Shown: positions 35,770-45,805 of the stretch, piece by piece
How positions within the stretch are numbered: position 1 is the first letter of the stretch
Layout: the number at the start of each line of letters is the position of its first letter
Source of the DNA: Patescibacteria group bacterium UBA1406
GTDB lineage: Bacteria > Patescibacteriota > Microgenomatia > UBA1406
Length of the DNA stretch: 64,000 nucleotides
Direction: 5' to 3'
Assembly: GCA_002305675.1 (NCBI GenBank)
Contig: DBQA01000007.1
Location: forward strand, 46,653-110,652
Notes under the pieces: generated by a model
What the model was told of the DNA's origin: nothing
What the model saw: only the letters and a program-made list of their open reading frames with translations
Database searches by the model: none
Made by a program: the position numbers and the translations under genes

Positions 35770-37743
35770 CTAGTCCACGAAACTGAAACTGATACCGGCC
35801 TTTCGCAAAGGCATGATAGGCAGCGGGATGGGTTTGGTTTTGATGACGAATTCCGTGATGTTCCTTTCCTCATCGAGAATGTTCCTGGCCCGGTTGACGA
35901 GCTTTCCGGTGACACCCGAAAGCAGCCTGTCCCGATCGATGAAATTCTGGACCTGGCCTTTGACGATGGCGGTATAGGTATATTCGCCGCCCTCGGCCTC
36001 TTGAAGTGACAGCTTTCCGATCTCAAAGGTGTCGGCGATGAACTCCTTATCCCTGAGCCTCTCTGTCTGGACCTTCTTTACCAGTGAGCTTTGGGGCACG
36101 TAAAGGGCGCTCGCCCGGCCGGAAAGCTCAAGGGTCACATTGTCCACCTCGTCCTCCATTTTGGCTGATAGTTTCTCCTTGGGGTTGGCTATCCGGGCGG
36201 TATCGATGAACAGTACGTTATCCACCCCCTTCTTGCCATTGAACTTCACCTGCAGTTCCCGCTTGACACTGCTCATGGCTTTTTCGCTGAGCTCTTCCTT
36301 GTCTTCTGCAGAAAACACCCTGACGGTCTTCTTGAATCCTCCGGAGAAATCCTGGGTGGCCACGGCGTAGAAATCGTCTTCAGGCAGGTCGGCAAATACA
36401 AGCTTTGTGCCTTCGTTGATATTAGCATCCGCCCCTATCTTGACGGCTTTAAGGCCGACGCTTTTCTTACCGAAGGACCGGGTGACAACCCCTTCATCCA
36501 GGTTGGCGGTGATGGTGGCCGCCGGAACCGTCACAGAGGAAAGCGTGACAAAAGCCACCCCTCCTTTCTGCGTTTTGATCTCCGTGCCCTCGGCAATATC
36601 CTTTTTCTCAAAGGAGCCGTTATAGATACTGACCTCACCGGACGCCTTCTCGCCGACCTCCTTCTCTCCGGATGTTTGCTTGGAAACCTTGATGGCCACA
36701 TCTTCGGAGAGAACCTCTCCGAACTTTCTTTCGACGATGACAAAATCTATTTCCGTGGAAAAGTTCTCCTTCTTAGTGGTCAGCTGCACGTCTGCCTGGT
36801 GGAGAAAGAAAAGATAACCCGGGATCAGAAAGACCGCTAAAAATAGCAGCCATTTCTTTTGGAAAGCCAGGTTCAGTTTTGGCATCTTGAAGGAGGATAG
36901 CTTGTTCACGACCTCTGCTTTCAGGGGCGGTTTCTCATCCTCTTCAGCTGGTACAGCCCAGGTTTTTTCCGTGCCGTCCGTAAAGCCGGGTGCGGAAGGG
37001 AGACCCGACAAGGATGAATGCGGCAACCGGTCCGGCTCCTTCCGTTCTTCCGCCTCTCCTTGGGCCGGAACGTTCTTGGGTGGCTCACCGTTCTTGAAGT
37101 AGATCTTGGTGAAGATATCAATCAGCTCCGGTTCCTGGATCAGGATATCAATATGGAAGGTTTTTTTCTGTGGCGGCCTATAAAAGAACCCTATCCTTTC
37201 CGTCTTACCTTCCAGGATCTTCTCAAGTTCCTTCCAATTCTCGGCCTCCGATTGTGTCTTGGCCACTTTGGCGGTCTTGACGGTCTCCCCTTGCTTTACT
37301 TCATAAACCGTAAAGTCGTAAACGCTCTCTTCAATGATGTAAAAATGCTTTCGGCTCTCTGCATACGTGTGGGTGACCGCCTCGTACAAGTGGACGTAGC
37401 CGAGGTTTTCCAGATCCAGATTCTTCAGATTCTTTTTTATCTGCTTCAGAAAGTCTTCCCTAAGGGCTCCTGATTCCGTAGCATACAGGGAGTTTAGAAA
37501 CAGGACGGTCTTTTTCAGATAAGCACCCCCCTTCAAGTCTTTTTCGCAATCAAGAATTATTTTTTCAATTTTGTCCGTGGCGTCTTTGAGAAAAGGGTCC
37601 GCATGCTCTGAATACAGGGCGGTCCGGTTGTCAAGGTTGGCTTCCTCAAAGGCATAGCCGTATATCTTCTCACCGGAAAAAAAGACTAGGAGAACAAAAC
37701 CATCACTCTTTCCCTTAGGCTGTAAAAATGGAATCTTGAACAT
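35770..37743 (-). CDS. hypothetical bitopic protein (cytoplasmic N-domain, central TM, large beta-rich exodomain; possibly baseplate-J-like as often annotated in CPR)
   Basis: 657 aa with a TM (WLLFLAVFLIPGYLFFL) near aa 300. The exodomain pattern GEVSIYNGSFEKKDIAEGTEI...VGLKAVKIGADANINEGTKL is only a weak recollection of a family. Confidence 0.5.
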   Translation of the reverse strand: MFKIPFLQPKGKSDGFVLLVFFSGEKIYGYAFEEANLDNRTALYSEHADPFLKDATDKIEKIILDCEKDLKGGAYLKKTVLFLNSLYATESGALREDFLKQIKKNLKNLDLENLGYVHLYEAVTHTYAESRKHFYIIEESVYDFTVYEVKQGETVKTAKVAKTQSEAENWKELEKILEGKTERIGFFYRPPQKKTFHIDILIQEPELIDIFTKIYFKNGEPPKNVPAQGEAEERKEPDRLPHSSLSGLPSAPGFTDGTEKTWAVPAEEDEKPPLKAEVVNKLSSFKMPKLNLAFQKKWLLFLAVFLIPGYLFFLHQADVQLTTKKENFSTEIDFVIVERKFGEVLSEDVAIKVSKQTSGEKEVGEKASGEVSIYNGSFEKKDIAEGTEIKTQKGGVAFVTLSSVTVPAATITANLDEGVVTRSFGKKSVGLKAVKIGADANINEGTKLVFADLPEDDFYAVATQDFSGGFKKTVRVFSAEDKEELSEKAMSSVKRELQVKFNGKKGVDNVLFIDTARIANPKEKLSAKMEDEVDNVTLELSGRASALYVPQSSLVKKVQTERLRDKEFIADTFEIGKLSLQEAEGGEYTYTAIVKGQVQNFIDRDRLLSGVTGKLVNRARNILDEERNITEFVIKTKPIPLPIMPLRKAGISFSFVD

Positions 37744-37794
37744 AGGATAACTATAGCAAAATTCACCGTCAAATTTCCAAGACGATAAAAATTA

Positions 37795-38802
37795 TCACAA
37801 TAGTTTCTTTAGGCTTACGGATAACCGGGCGGCGAATTTCTCCTGGCGGAACTCCTTGGCCCGCTCCCGTTGCCGTTGGCAGATCTTTTTCTTGTCCCCG
37901 TAGTAGAGCTCTTCCAGACCCCCGGCAATGCTGCTGACACTATATGGGTCGACATAGACAGAGGTGTCCCGGCTTATTTCCCGGAGGACGGGGATGTGGG
38001 ACAGGACCACCGGGGTACCCAAAAGCGATGCCTCAAGCCAGGTCAGACCGAAACCTTCATCGATGGAAGGCAGAACCACGACGGTCGCCCGGCGGTACAC
38101 CTTGACCAGCATACCGTCATCCAGATAACCCAGGCTTATGAACCGCTTGTCCCCCTCCGTTATTTTTTTGAATTCGGCAAAGTCTTTCAACCACGGATGT
38201 TTCAGCGGCTGCCTGCTCACCAAGGCCTTGCCCACCATGACCAGGGTCAAATTGACCCTTCTGACCGCCAGGGCCAGCCTTTTCAAGTTCTTGTTCCAGG
38301 TGATATCCCCGACATAGAGCATGAAGCGGGGAGGCAGCAGTCCGGTGACACTGTCAGGGAGTTCATCCCCGTCACCTGTTTCAAAGATGCGCTTGGCGGC
38401 CGGATAGACCACTTCTACCCTATTTTCCGAAACGCCCAAGAACCTGATAATATCCTCTTTCACAACCTGTGAATCGGTGATGAAACCGGCGTATTCGGAG
38501 AGTCTCCTCTTATTCCTGGCGAGCACCCACGAACCCTTGATCCCGGCCGGAAAATGCCGGGGGTATTTCAGGGGGATCAGGTCGTGGATGACAAGGATAT
38601 TGGTCGCTTTCGAATTTATCCGCAGGGATCCGTAAGGGGTAAACCCGGGGTGGAGGACAACCTCCGGTTGGGCTTTATCCAGGAGTAGGTTGTGCCGCCG
38701 ACCGTGTCTTTCCACAGCCTCGACCACCATTCTCCCATAGCTGCCGATACCCCTGACCAAGGACAGGTCCCGGGTTTCAAGGCCTTCTACCCATAAGCGC
38801 AT
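37795..38802 (-). CDS. GT4-family glycosyltransferase
   Basis: ...VLPSIDEGFGLTWLEASLLGTPVVLS (the EX7E region). Confidence 0.8.
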   Translation of the reverse strand: MRLWVEGLETRDLSLVRGIGSYGRMVVEAVERHGRRHNLLLDKAQPEVVLHPGFTPYGSLRINSKATNILVIHDLIPLKYPRHFPAGIKGSWVLARNKRRLSEYAGFITDSQVVKEDIIRFLGVSENRVEVVYPAAKRIFETGDGDELPDSVTGLLPPRFMLYVGDITWNKNLKRLALAVRRVNLTLVMVGKALVSRQPLKHPWLKDFAEFKKITEGDKRFISLGYLDDGMLVKVYRRATVVVLPSIDEGFGLTWLEASLLGTPVVLSHIPVLREISRDTSVYVDPYSVSSIAGGLEELYYGDKKKICQRQRERAKEFRQEKFAARLSVSLKKLL

Positions 38803-38832
38803 AAGCTAATTATATACCAGCGGTTATTTGTA

Positions 38833-38838
38833 TATAAT
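38833..38838 (+). promoter_or_regulatory. -10 box TATAAT 7 nt upstream of ATG 38846
   Basis: The sequence reads tgtaTATAATtagcgttATG. Confidence 0.45.
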
Positions 38839-38845
38839 TAGCGTT

Positions 38846-40981
38846 ATGCTGGCCGTCTTTTTTTATTGGGCATTCATAATCGTGGTCTGGTATCTGTTCT
38901 CCTTCGTCTTCAGTCTGGCTGTGATGCCGCTTGGTGCTTTTATATTCAACCGGTTCAGGGACCGTGGTTACCCATTCTACCGGATCATCGGGCTTGGGGT
39001 GAGCGGCTATCTGGTGTTTACCGCCACGAGCTTCGGACTTCTCCCTTTCACCAGGACCACCATTTTTGGCACCCTTTTCCTCATTCTTCTCCTCAATATA
39101 GTCTTCCGGAATAAGACCAGACAGATGTGGCCCGGCCTGAAAACGGTGATCGCCTATGAAGTACTGTTCCTGGCTATGTTTTCGTTCTGGTCATTTGTGA
39201 AGGGGCATGAGCCCTCCATCAGGAGCCTGGAGAAATATATGGACTTCGGGTTCATCAACAGCCTCCTTAACAGCCGCTTTCTGCCTCCCCAGGACCCCTG
39301 GTTCGCCTCCACCGGCCAACAGTTCTTCTCCATCAACTATTATTACTTCGGTCACTTCCTGACCGCCCTTCTGATAAAGCTGACCGGAACAGTCCCGTCT
39401 GTCGGCTACAACCTGATGTTGGCCTTCATTTTCGCGCTGGCCACCACCGCGAGCTTCTCCCTAGGAGCCAACCTGTTTGTTTTCCTCACCGAAAAGAGCA
39501 AGTACCGGAGAAACGTCCTGATAATCCTGAGCGGGATACTGGCCCTGCTCCTGGTCAATTTCGCCGGCAACCTCCACACCATCTACCTGTTCACCAAAGG
39601 CTATACCCCGGAAAATCCCCAGCCCTTCTGGCAGATCCTCAGTTCCTTCAACCCCAGAGGTTACTGGTATCCCAATGCCACCCGCTTCATCCCCTTCACC
39701 ATCCATGAGTTCCCTTCCTATTCCTATGTGGTATCCGACCTCCATGGTCATGTTCTGGACATCCCGTTCGTATTGTTGGCCATCGGACTTTTCATGTCCC
39801 TCCTGAAGAACAGGGATAGGCTTTCGGACTTAGCCATTCTCATTTTCATCACTCTCACCCTGGCCATCAACTATATGACGAACTCCACCGACTTGCTGGT
39901 CTACGGGACGCTTCTGTTTTTCATCCTGGTCATCAAATACGAACAGGCCAGGCGGGTTTTTCTTTCTTATGCCGCCATTATCCTGGCTGCCCTCATTTTG
40001 ACCGCTCCCTTTTCCGTCTACTTCAAGCCTTTCGCGAGCTCCTTAGGCGTCAACTGTGCCCCTGATTTCCTGCTCAGACTTGGAAAACTCGGACCTTTTG
40101 TTTTTGAGGCGGACCGCTGCCAAACCAGCCCCTTCTGGATGCTGGCACTCTTATGGGGTTTTTTCTGGCTTAATTTCCTGGTTTTCCTGCGGTTCATCTT
40201 TTTTGCCAGGTTGGCCGATTCCGAACAAAAGGGCAGGAGCGGATATTTCGTTTTCTTTCTGTTCGTACATTCCATTTTGCTGACGCTTTTTGCCGAGTTC
40301 TTTTATTTTAAAGATATCTACCCGGCCCATTTCCGGGCCAATACCATGTTCAAGCTCGGCTACCAGGCGTATATTATGATGTCCGTCCTCTCCGCCGGGA
40401 CCATCGTCTACATGATCCATGCTTTCCGGAAACAGGCGGCCAAATTGAAAGCGGTTTACTTCGCTATCCTTGTGCCGATGCTGGTCCTTGTACTGTCCTA
40501 CCCGCTCCTGTCCATCCCGTCCTACTTTACCCGGGACAGTTTTCTGACGCTGGACGGGAGCCATTGGGTCAAGGAGGAATACCCGGAGATACATGAGATG
40601 ATCAACGTCCTGAACAAAAAAAAGGTTGAGGACGGCCCGTTCACCATTCTGGAGGCGCACGGGGACTCATATACCGACTATAACGTCATTTCCGCCCACA
40701 CCGGTCTACCCACAGTTGCCGGGTGGCCGGTCCACGAATGGCTGTGGCGGGGTTCTTATGAGGTGGTTCGGCCAAGAGCGGAGGAAGTGAGTACCGTTTA
40801 CCAGTCTGACGACTTGGGCCGGGTGAAAAAGATCCTCGCCAAGTATAACGTACGTTATGTGATCGTTTCTGACCTTGAGAAACAGAAATACGAGTCGCTA
40901 AATTACCAAAAATTTTATAGAATAGGAAAGCCTATATACCGCAATAACAACAGTTACCTGTTCGAGGTCGCCCATGACTAA
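38846..40981 (+). CDS. large polytopic membrane protein of the DUF2298 / YYY-motif family (putative glycosyltransferase-like)
   Basis: More than 15 predicted TMs plus the hallmark FFSINYYYFGHF. I prefer ATG 38846 over the TTG at 38828. Confidence 0.75.
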   Translation: MLAVFFYWAFIIVVWYLFSFVFSLAVMPLGAFIFNRFRDRGYPFYRIIGLGVSGYLVFTATSFGLLPFTRTTIFGTLFLILLLNIVFRNKTRQMWPGLKTVIAYEVLFLAMFSFWSFVKGHEPSIRSLEKYMDFGFINSLLNSRFLPPQDPWFASTGQQFFSINYYYFGHFLTALLIKLTGTVPSVGYNLMLAFIFALATTASFSLGANLFVFLTEKSKYRRNVLIILSGILALLLVNFAGNLHTIYLFTKGYTPENPQPFWQILSSFNPRGYWYPNATRFIPFTIHEFPSYSYVVSDLHGHVLDIPFVLLAIGLFMSLLKNRDRLSDLAILIFITLTLAINYMTNSTDLLVYGTLLFFILVIKYEQARRVFLSYAAIILAALILTAPFSVYFKPFASSLGVNCAPDFLLRLGKLGPFVFEADRCQTSPFWMLALLWGFFWLNFLVFLRFIFFARLADSEQKGRSGYFVFFLFVHSILLTLFAEFFYFKDIYPAHFRANTMFKLGYQAYIMMSVLSAGTIVYMIHAFRKQAAKLKAVYFAILVPMLVLVLSYPLLSIPSYFTRDSFLTLDGSHWVKEEYPEIHEMINVLNKKKVEDGPFTILEAHGDSYTDYNVISAHTGLPTVAGWPVHEWLWRGSYEVVRPRAEEVSTVYQSDDLGRVKKILAKYNVRYVIVSDLEKQKYESLNYQKFYRIGKPIYRNNNSYLFEVAHD

Positions 40982-42371
40982 AAAGGTTTTTTTCATTGAT
41001 CTCCCCAAAAGGATCGGCGAAGGCGTTGAGCTTTTCGGCTGGGTAGATACCAAGAGGGAGCACGGCAAGATCAACTTTCTGGACCTCAGGGACCATACGG
41101 CCACCGTGCAGGTGGTCGGTGGCGAGGAGCTTGCCGCAGCCGTACCCGAAGACGTGGTTAGAATAAGCGGCACGGTCAAACAAAGGCAGGAAAGATATGT
41201 CAATCAGAAGCTCCCGACGGGCGGGATCGAGATAGAGGCCAGGGAAATGTCAGTCATCTCCAAAGCCAAGACGCCCCTATTCCCCATCGGATCGGCCGGA
41301 TACGACATTGACGAAGAGTTGAGACTGAAATACCGCTACCTTGACCTGAGAAGGCAAAGGATGCTCGGCAATCTCAAAGCCCGCTTTGAAACTCTCTCCT
41401 TCATACGTAACTACCTGAAGGAGCGGTTTTTCGTGGAGATCGAAACCCCGGTCCTCACCAAGACCACCCCGGAAGGCGCCCGGGATTTCCTGGTCCCCTC
41501 CAGGCTACAGAAAGGCGAGTTCTATGCCCTGCCCCAGTCCCCTCAACAATACAAGCAGCTTTTAATGGTCGCCGGCATCGAGCGGTATTTCCAAATTGCC
41601 CGCTGCTTCCGAGACGAAGACCCCCGCCGGGACCGGGCTTACGGCGAGTTCACCCAGCTAGATATCGAAATGTCGTTCGTCACCCAGAACGATATCCTGG
41701 AACTAATGGAAAAGATGTTCACGGAGCTCATTGAAAAGGTCTTCCCCCAGAAAAGGATCTCTGTCACGCCCTGGCCCCGGATACCTCATCACGAAGCCGT
41801 GGCCAAATACGGCTCGGACCGGCCCGACCTTCGCCGAGATAAAAAAGATAAGGATGAATTGGCTTTCGCCTGGATCATCGATTTCCCCCTGTTCACCAAA
41901 CAGACCGCGGAGGATTTCTACCACGGGTCCGGCAAAGCTCAGTTCGCTCCTTCCCACCATATGTTTACCTCCCCCCACCCGGACGATACCGGACTATTGG
42001 ACAAGGACCCGCTCAAGGTCAGAGGATTACAGCATGACCTGGTGCTGAACGGCTTCGAGGTCGGAGGTGGCAGCATCAGGATCCACGACCCGGCCGTCCA
42101 AGGTAAGGTTTTCGATCTGATCGGCTTTACAGAACAGCAGAAGCAGCAGTTCCACCATATGCTCGAAGCGTTCAAATATGGTGTGCCTCCTCACGGGGGG
42201 ATCGCTCCAGGTATCGACCGGCTTCTCATGGCCATACTGGGAGAGCCTTCGGTCAGGGAAGTCATTGCCTTCCCGGCCTCGAGCGGCGGTAAGACAGCTG
42301 TCATGGACGCACCAAGCTCGGCCGAACCAGAACAGTTGGCGGAACTGGCTATCAAAGTGGACAAAAAATGA
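40974..42371 (+). CDS. aspS: aspartate--tRNA ligase, bacterial type but lacking the GAD insertion domain
   Basis: OB fold, motif 2 FQIARCFRDEDPRRDR, motif 3 GGIAPGIDRLLM. The sequence goes straight from SDRPDLRRDKKDKDELAFAWIIDFPLF. Confidence 0.9.
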   Translation: MTKKVFFIDLPKRIGEGVELFGWVDTKREHGKINFLDLRDHTATVQVVGGEELAAAVPEDVVRISGTVKQRQERYVNQKLPTGGIEIEAREMSVISKAKTPLFPIGSAGYDIDEELRLKYRYLDLRRQRMLGNLKARFETLSFIRNYLKERFFVEIETPVLTKTTPEGARDFLVPSRLQKGEFYALPQSPQQYKQLLMVAGIERYFQIARCFRDEDPRRDRAYGEFTQLDIEMSFVTQNDILELMEKMFTELIEKVFPQKRISVTPWPRIPHHEAVAKYGSDRPDLRRDKKDKDELAFAWIIDFPLFTKQTAEDFYHGSGKAQFAPSHHMFTSPHPDDTGLLDKDPLKVRGLQHDLVLNGFEVGGGSIRIHDPAVQGKVFDLIGFTEQQKQQFHHMLEAFKYGVPPHGGIAPGIDRLLMAILGEPSVREVIAFPASSGGKTAVMDAPSSAEPEQLAELAIKVDKK

Positions 42372-43300
42372 GGAACAGAATGCTGGCCAAGGTCGTGATG
42401 TACCTGGCCCTGTCCTTTCTATTCGTGTTCTATCCCGGCCGGAACGATTTTCTCCGGTACTACTCTCTTGATGCCTACGCCTTCCAGGAACTCGCCAGAT
42501 TCTCTTATCGGCTTGAACCCAGGCCCCGCCTGTCTCCCATCCCTGATCCCTTGTCCTTGCCGCAGATAACGGCGGAAAGCTATCTGGTCATGGACCTCGA
42601 CTCTTTCACCCCTATCATTGCCAAAGCCCCCCGCCGGAAGATGTTCCCCGCCTCCACGGTCAAGCTCGCCACCGCCCTCTTAGCCTATGACCATTACGAT
42701 CTGGAGAAGGTGCTGAAAGTCAATAAGGTCATTACCCAGGAGGTGCGGATGGGCCTGAAGAAAAACGAGCGGATCAGTGTCCTGAATCTGTTGTACGGTA
42801 CCCTTATTTATTCCGCCAACGACGCCGCCTATACCCTGGCGGAGAACTACCCGGGGGGAGTGGACGCCTTTGTGGAGGGAATGAACCGGCTGGCTAGGAG
42901 GCTGAACATGCGGGACACCAGTTTCCAGAATCCGATCGGTTTCGATCACCGCGAGCAATATACCACCGCTCAGGACCTGGCGCTCTTGGCGAGGGAGTTC
43001 ATCAAAAATCATATCCTTCTGACCATCACTTCCACGAAGTCCATCACCGTCTCCGACGTCGACTACGAGAACTTCCACTATCTGCAGAGCAGCAACGAGC
43101 TCCTGGGCGAGGTCCCACATCTCGGCGGACTGAAGACCGGGACCACCGAGCAAGCCGGGCAAAACCTGATCTCCTTCTACAAATTCCGTAATAAACCCCT
43201 GGCCATCATCGTCCTGAAGAGTTCCGACCGGTTCGGAGACACAAGGCAGCTCATCAATCTCATCGAAACCGGCCTGGGATACGAGGAGGTATCACTCTAA
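42368..43300 (+). CDS. D-alanyl-D-alanine carboxypeptidase (S11 family)
   Basis: SxxK (ASTVK), SxN (SAND) and KTG (KTGTT) motifs. Confidence 0.85.
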   Translation: MRNRMLAKVVMYLALSFLFVFYPGRNDFLRYYSLDAYAFQELARFSYRLEPRPRLSPIPDPLSLPQITAESYLVMDLDSFTPIIAKAPRRKMFPASTVKLATALLAYDHYDLEKVLKVNKVITQEVRMGLKKNERISVLNLLYGTLIYSANDAAYTLAENYPGGVDAFVEGMNRLARRLNMRDTSFQNPIGFDHREQYTTAQDLALLAREFIKNHILLTITSTKSITVSDVDYENFHYLQSSNELLGEVPHLGGLKTGTTEQAGQNLISFYKFRNKPLAIIVLKSSDRFGDTRQLINLIETGLGYEEVSL

Positions 43301-44353
43301 AAGATATTCGGGCCGGATGGCCTCGATATACCCTACGTAATTCTGATCTCCCAGAAATATGAAAACAGGCTGGAAATACTTCTGGTAGCTCAGAGGGTCG
43401 TAATAGCCAAGGTATATTTCCTTGATCTTGATACTATCCTCTATCTGACTGGCCACGGAGATGGTTTTGACCTCGCCTTTTTTCAGCCGTTCCCAGGCTT
43501 CCTTGGCGCTCATCAACGGGTATACTCCCGGTTCGTCCAGCTTGTCAAAACTCATGAACTGGACCTCCACTTCCTGAGGGTAATACTCCAAAGGAGCCAT
43601 GACGACATAGTTCTGGCTCTCGAAATATTTCGGGGGCACGACCGGTAGTTTCTCGTCCTTGCGGAAAAAATCTACCCTGACGGCCTGGGGAATGTCACCG
43701 GCCACGGCCGGGACGAATTTGTTCTGGGCCAGATCATATTTCAGGTAGACAAGGTTCGTCTTGCCCGCGGCCAGGTGAGCCGGGTAGACGTTCCGGCTCG
43801 AGAGCGTCTGTTTCGCTACTTCCAAAAAATGGTCCTCCAAAAGGGTGAACCTGGCGGATGGGGTGGCCTCTACAAGCTTCTGCAGCTCCGAGGAAGGCTT
43901 AAGAAGGTAATGGAAGTGGAAATTCTTTATATCTATCTGGAGCTTCCGGACAGCATCCTCATATTTTACCCAGTTCTCGTTGATACGCTCGGATTTCACG
44001 CCCGCGGTATCGAAGCCGAAACTCTGAGCCAGGGCTTCCACCCGGGTCAGGTATGCCAAAGTGGCCTTGTTCTCGGGTATGAAGTAGACGTTCGCCGAAG
44101 GTGTGGTCACGGGATAATCCCCATCAATGGTATCCAGGGCGAATTTCATTTTCCCGTAAGGCAGTGAGGCTTCAAACAAGGGTTTTTCTATTTTCCCGAA
44201 GGTCGTGTTCAGGGCTAAGGTTTTCTGCTCGGGCTTCTTCAGGGACTGTATCAGGACGAGGATCATGAGGACAAAAAGGACCGCCGCCCCAAAGAAGACG
44301 GCCAAGAGCTTGCCCAACACTCTGATCTGGTAAGCGAACTCCGACAGGGTCAT
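43292..44353 (-). CDS. hypothetical N-terminally anchored exported protein
   Basis: I prefer ATG 44353 (MTLSEFAYQIRVLGKLLAVFFGAAVLFVLMILVLI). I recognise no family. Confidence 0.5.
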   Translation of the reverse strand: MTLSEFAYQIRVLGKLLAVFFGAAVLFVLMILVLIQSLKKPEQKTLALNTTFGKIEKPLFEASLPYGKMKFALDTIDGDYPVTTPSANVYFIPENKATLAYLTRVEALAQSFGFDTAGVKSERINENWVKYEDAVRKLQIDIKNFHFHYLLKPSSELQKLVEATPSARFTLLEDHFLEVAKQTLSSRNVYPAHLAAGKTNLVYLKYDLAQNKFVPAVAGDIPQAVRVDFFRKDEKLPVVPPKYFESQNYVVMAPLEYYPQEVEVQFMSFDKLDEPGVYPLMSAKEAWERLKKGEVKTISVASQIEDSIKIKEIYLGYYDPLSYQKYFQPVFIFLGDQNYVGYIEAIRPEYLLE

Positions 44354-44379
44354 AGAAACCAGTATACAAAAAAATACAG

Positions 44380-44385
44380 TATAAT
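44380..44385 (+). promoter_or_regulatory. -10 box TATAAT 7 nt upstream of the gltX ATG
   Basis: The sequence reads cagTATAATactctacATG. Confidence 0.45.
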
Positions 44386-44392
44386 ACTCTAC

Positions 44393-45805
44393 ATGGCCAG
44401 AACGCGCATTGCTCCCTCTCCCACCGGGCAAGACCTTCACATCGGCAACTTATACACCGCCTTGATCAACTACAGCTACGCCAGAAAGAATCGGGGTAGA
44501 TTTATCGTCCGGATCGAAGATACGGACCGGACCAGATATGTTCCCGGCGCAGAGAACAGGATTCTCGATACCTTAAGGGATTACGGCCTGGAACCGGACG
44601 AGGACCCGCTGAAAGGGGGCCCCTTCGCTCCTTACCGCCAATCCGAACGGCTTGACCTGTATCAGAGATATGCTCAAACCCTGGTAGACAAGGGGGCGGC
44701 CTATTACTGTTTTTGTACTCCCGCACGTCTGCAGGAACTACGTGAACGGGCGGTCAAGGAAAAGAGGCAGCCCAAATACGACCGGCACTGCCTTAATCTC
44801 TCACCCGAGGAAGTGGCCAACAACCTGAAGGACAATAGGCCCCGGGTCATCCGGCTCAGGATACCGGACGGCGAAACCGGTTTCCGCGATGTTATTAGGG
44901 GCGACATCAATATCCGGAACGAGGTCCTCGACGACCAGATACTGATCAAGTCTGACGGTTATCCCACCTACCATATGGCGGTAGTGGTAGACGACAAACT
45001 GATGGAAATAACCCACATCATCAGGGCGGAAGAGTGGATATCCTCCACCCCAAAGCACGTCATCCTGTACCGGGCGCTCGACTGGGAACTTCCCCTCTTT
45101 GCCCATGTCCCGCTCCTTAGAAATCCCGACAAGACCAAGCTTTCCAAGCGGAAAAACCCGGTCTGGGCAAGTTGGTACCTGAAGGAAGGCTATCTCCCGG
45201 ATGCGGTATTGAACTATCTTGCTCTGATGGGCTGGTCCCACCCGGAAGAGAAGGAGATCTTCGGTTTGAAAGAATATATAGATGTGATAAGGCTCGAAGA
45301 TATCCAGCCGGTCGGGCCGATTTTCGATCTGAAGAAACTGGAATGGCTGAGCGGCGAACACATCAGATTGATGCCACCGGCCGGATTGAAGGAAAGGATA
45401 GTCAAATACCTGGGTAAGCACCAGGACATTCATCTTAAGATAAATGAAATTGAACAAACCATTCCACTCGTACAAACCAGGATGAAAAAGCTCTCCGAAT
45501 ACTGGCCGTTGGTTAGCTTCATTTTTAAGCAGCCTGATAGAATAGAATTTCCGCTCAACTTACTTAAACAATGTCAAAAAGACCTGTTTAACATATATGA
45601 ACAAATTGAGTGGACGGCCGGTCAGGTCCATGAAAAAACAGAGCAACTGGCAGTCCAGGCAGACATCAAGCCGATCAAGCTCTTTATGGATATCAGGTAC
45701 GCCCTCTCCAACCAGAAGGTCACGGCCCCGCTTTTCGAAAGTATGGAAATAATTGGTAAGGAAAAAACCCTGGAAAGATTGCGGAGTGCTTTAAAGGTTG
45801 TCTAG
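44393..45805 (+). CDS. gltX: glutamate--tRNA ligase
   Basis: RIAPSPTGQDLHIGN (HIGH region) and KLSKRK (KMSKS). Confidence 0.92.
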   Translation: MARTRIAPSPTGQDLHIGNLYTALINYSYARKNRGRFIVRIEDTDRTRYVPGAENRILDTLRDYGLEPDEDPLKGGPFAPYRQSERLDLYQRYAQTLVDKGAAYYCFCTPARLQELRERAVKEKRQPKYDRHCLNLSPEEVANNLKDNRPRVIRLRIPDGETGFRDVIRGDINIRNEVLDDQILIKSDGYPTYHMAVVVDDKLMEITHIIRAEEWISSTPKHVILYRALDWELPLFAHVPLLRNPDKTKLSKRKNPVWASWYLKEGYLPDAVLNYLALMGWSHPEEKEIFGLKEYIDVIRLEDIQPVGPIFDLKKLEWLSGEHIRLMPPAGLKERIVKYLGKHQDIHLKINEIEQTIPLVQTRMKKLSEYWPLVSFIFKQPDRIEFPLNLLKQCQKDLFNIYEQIEWTAGQVHEKTEQLAVQADIKPIKLFMDIRYALSNQKVTAPLFESMEIIGKEKTLERLRSALKVV

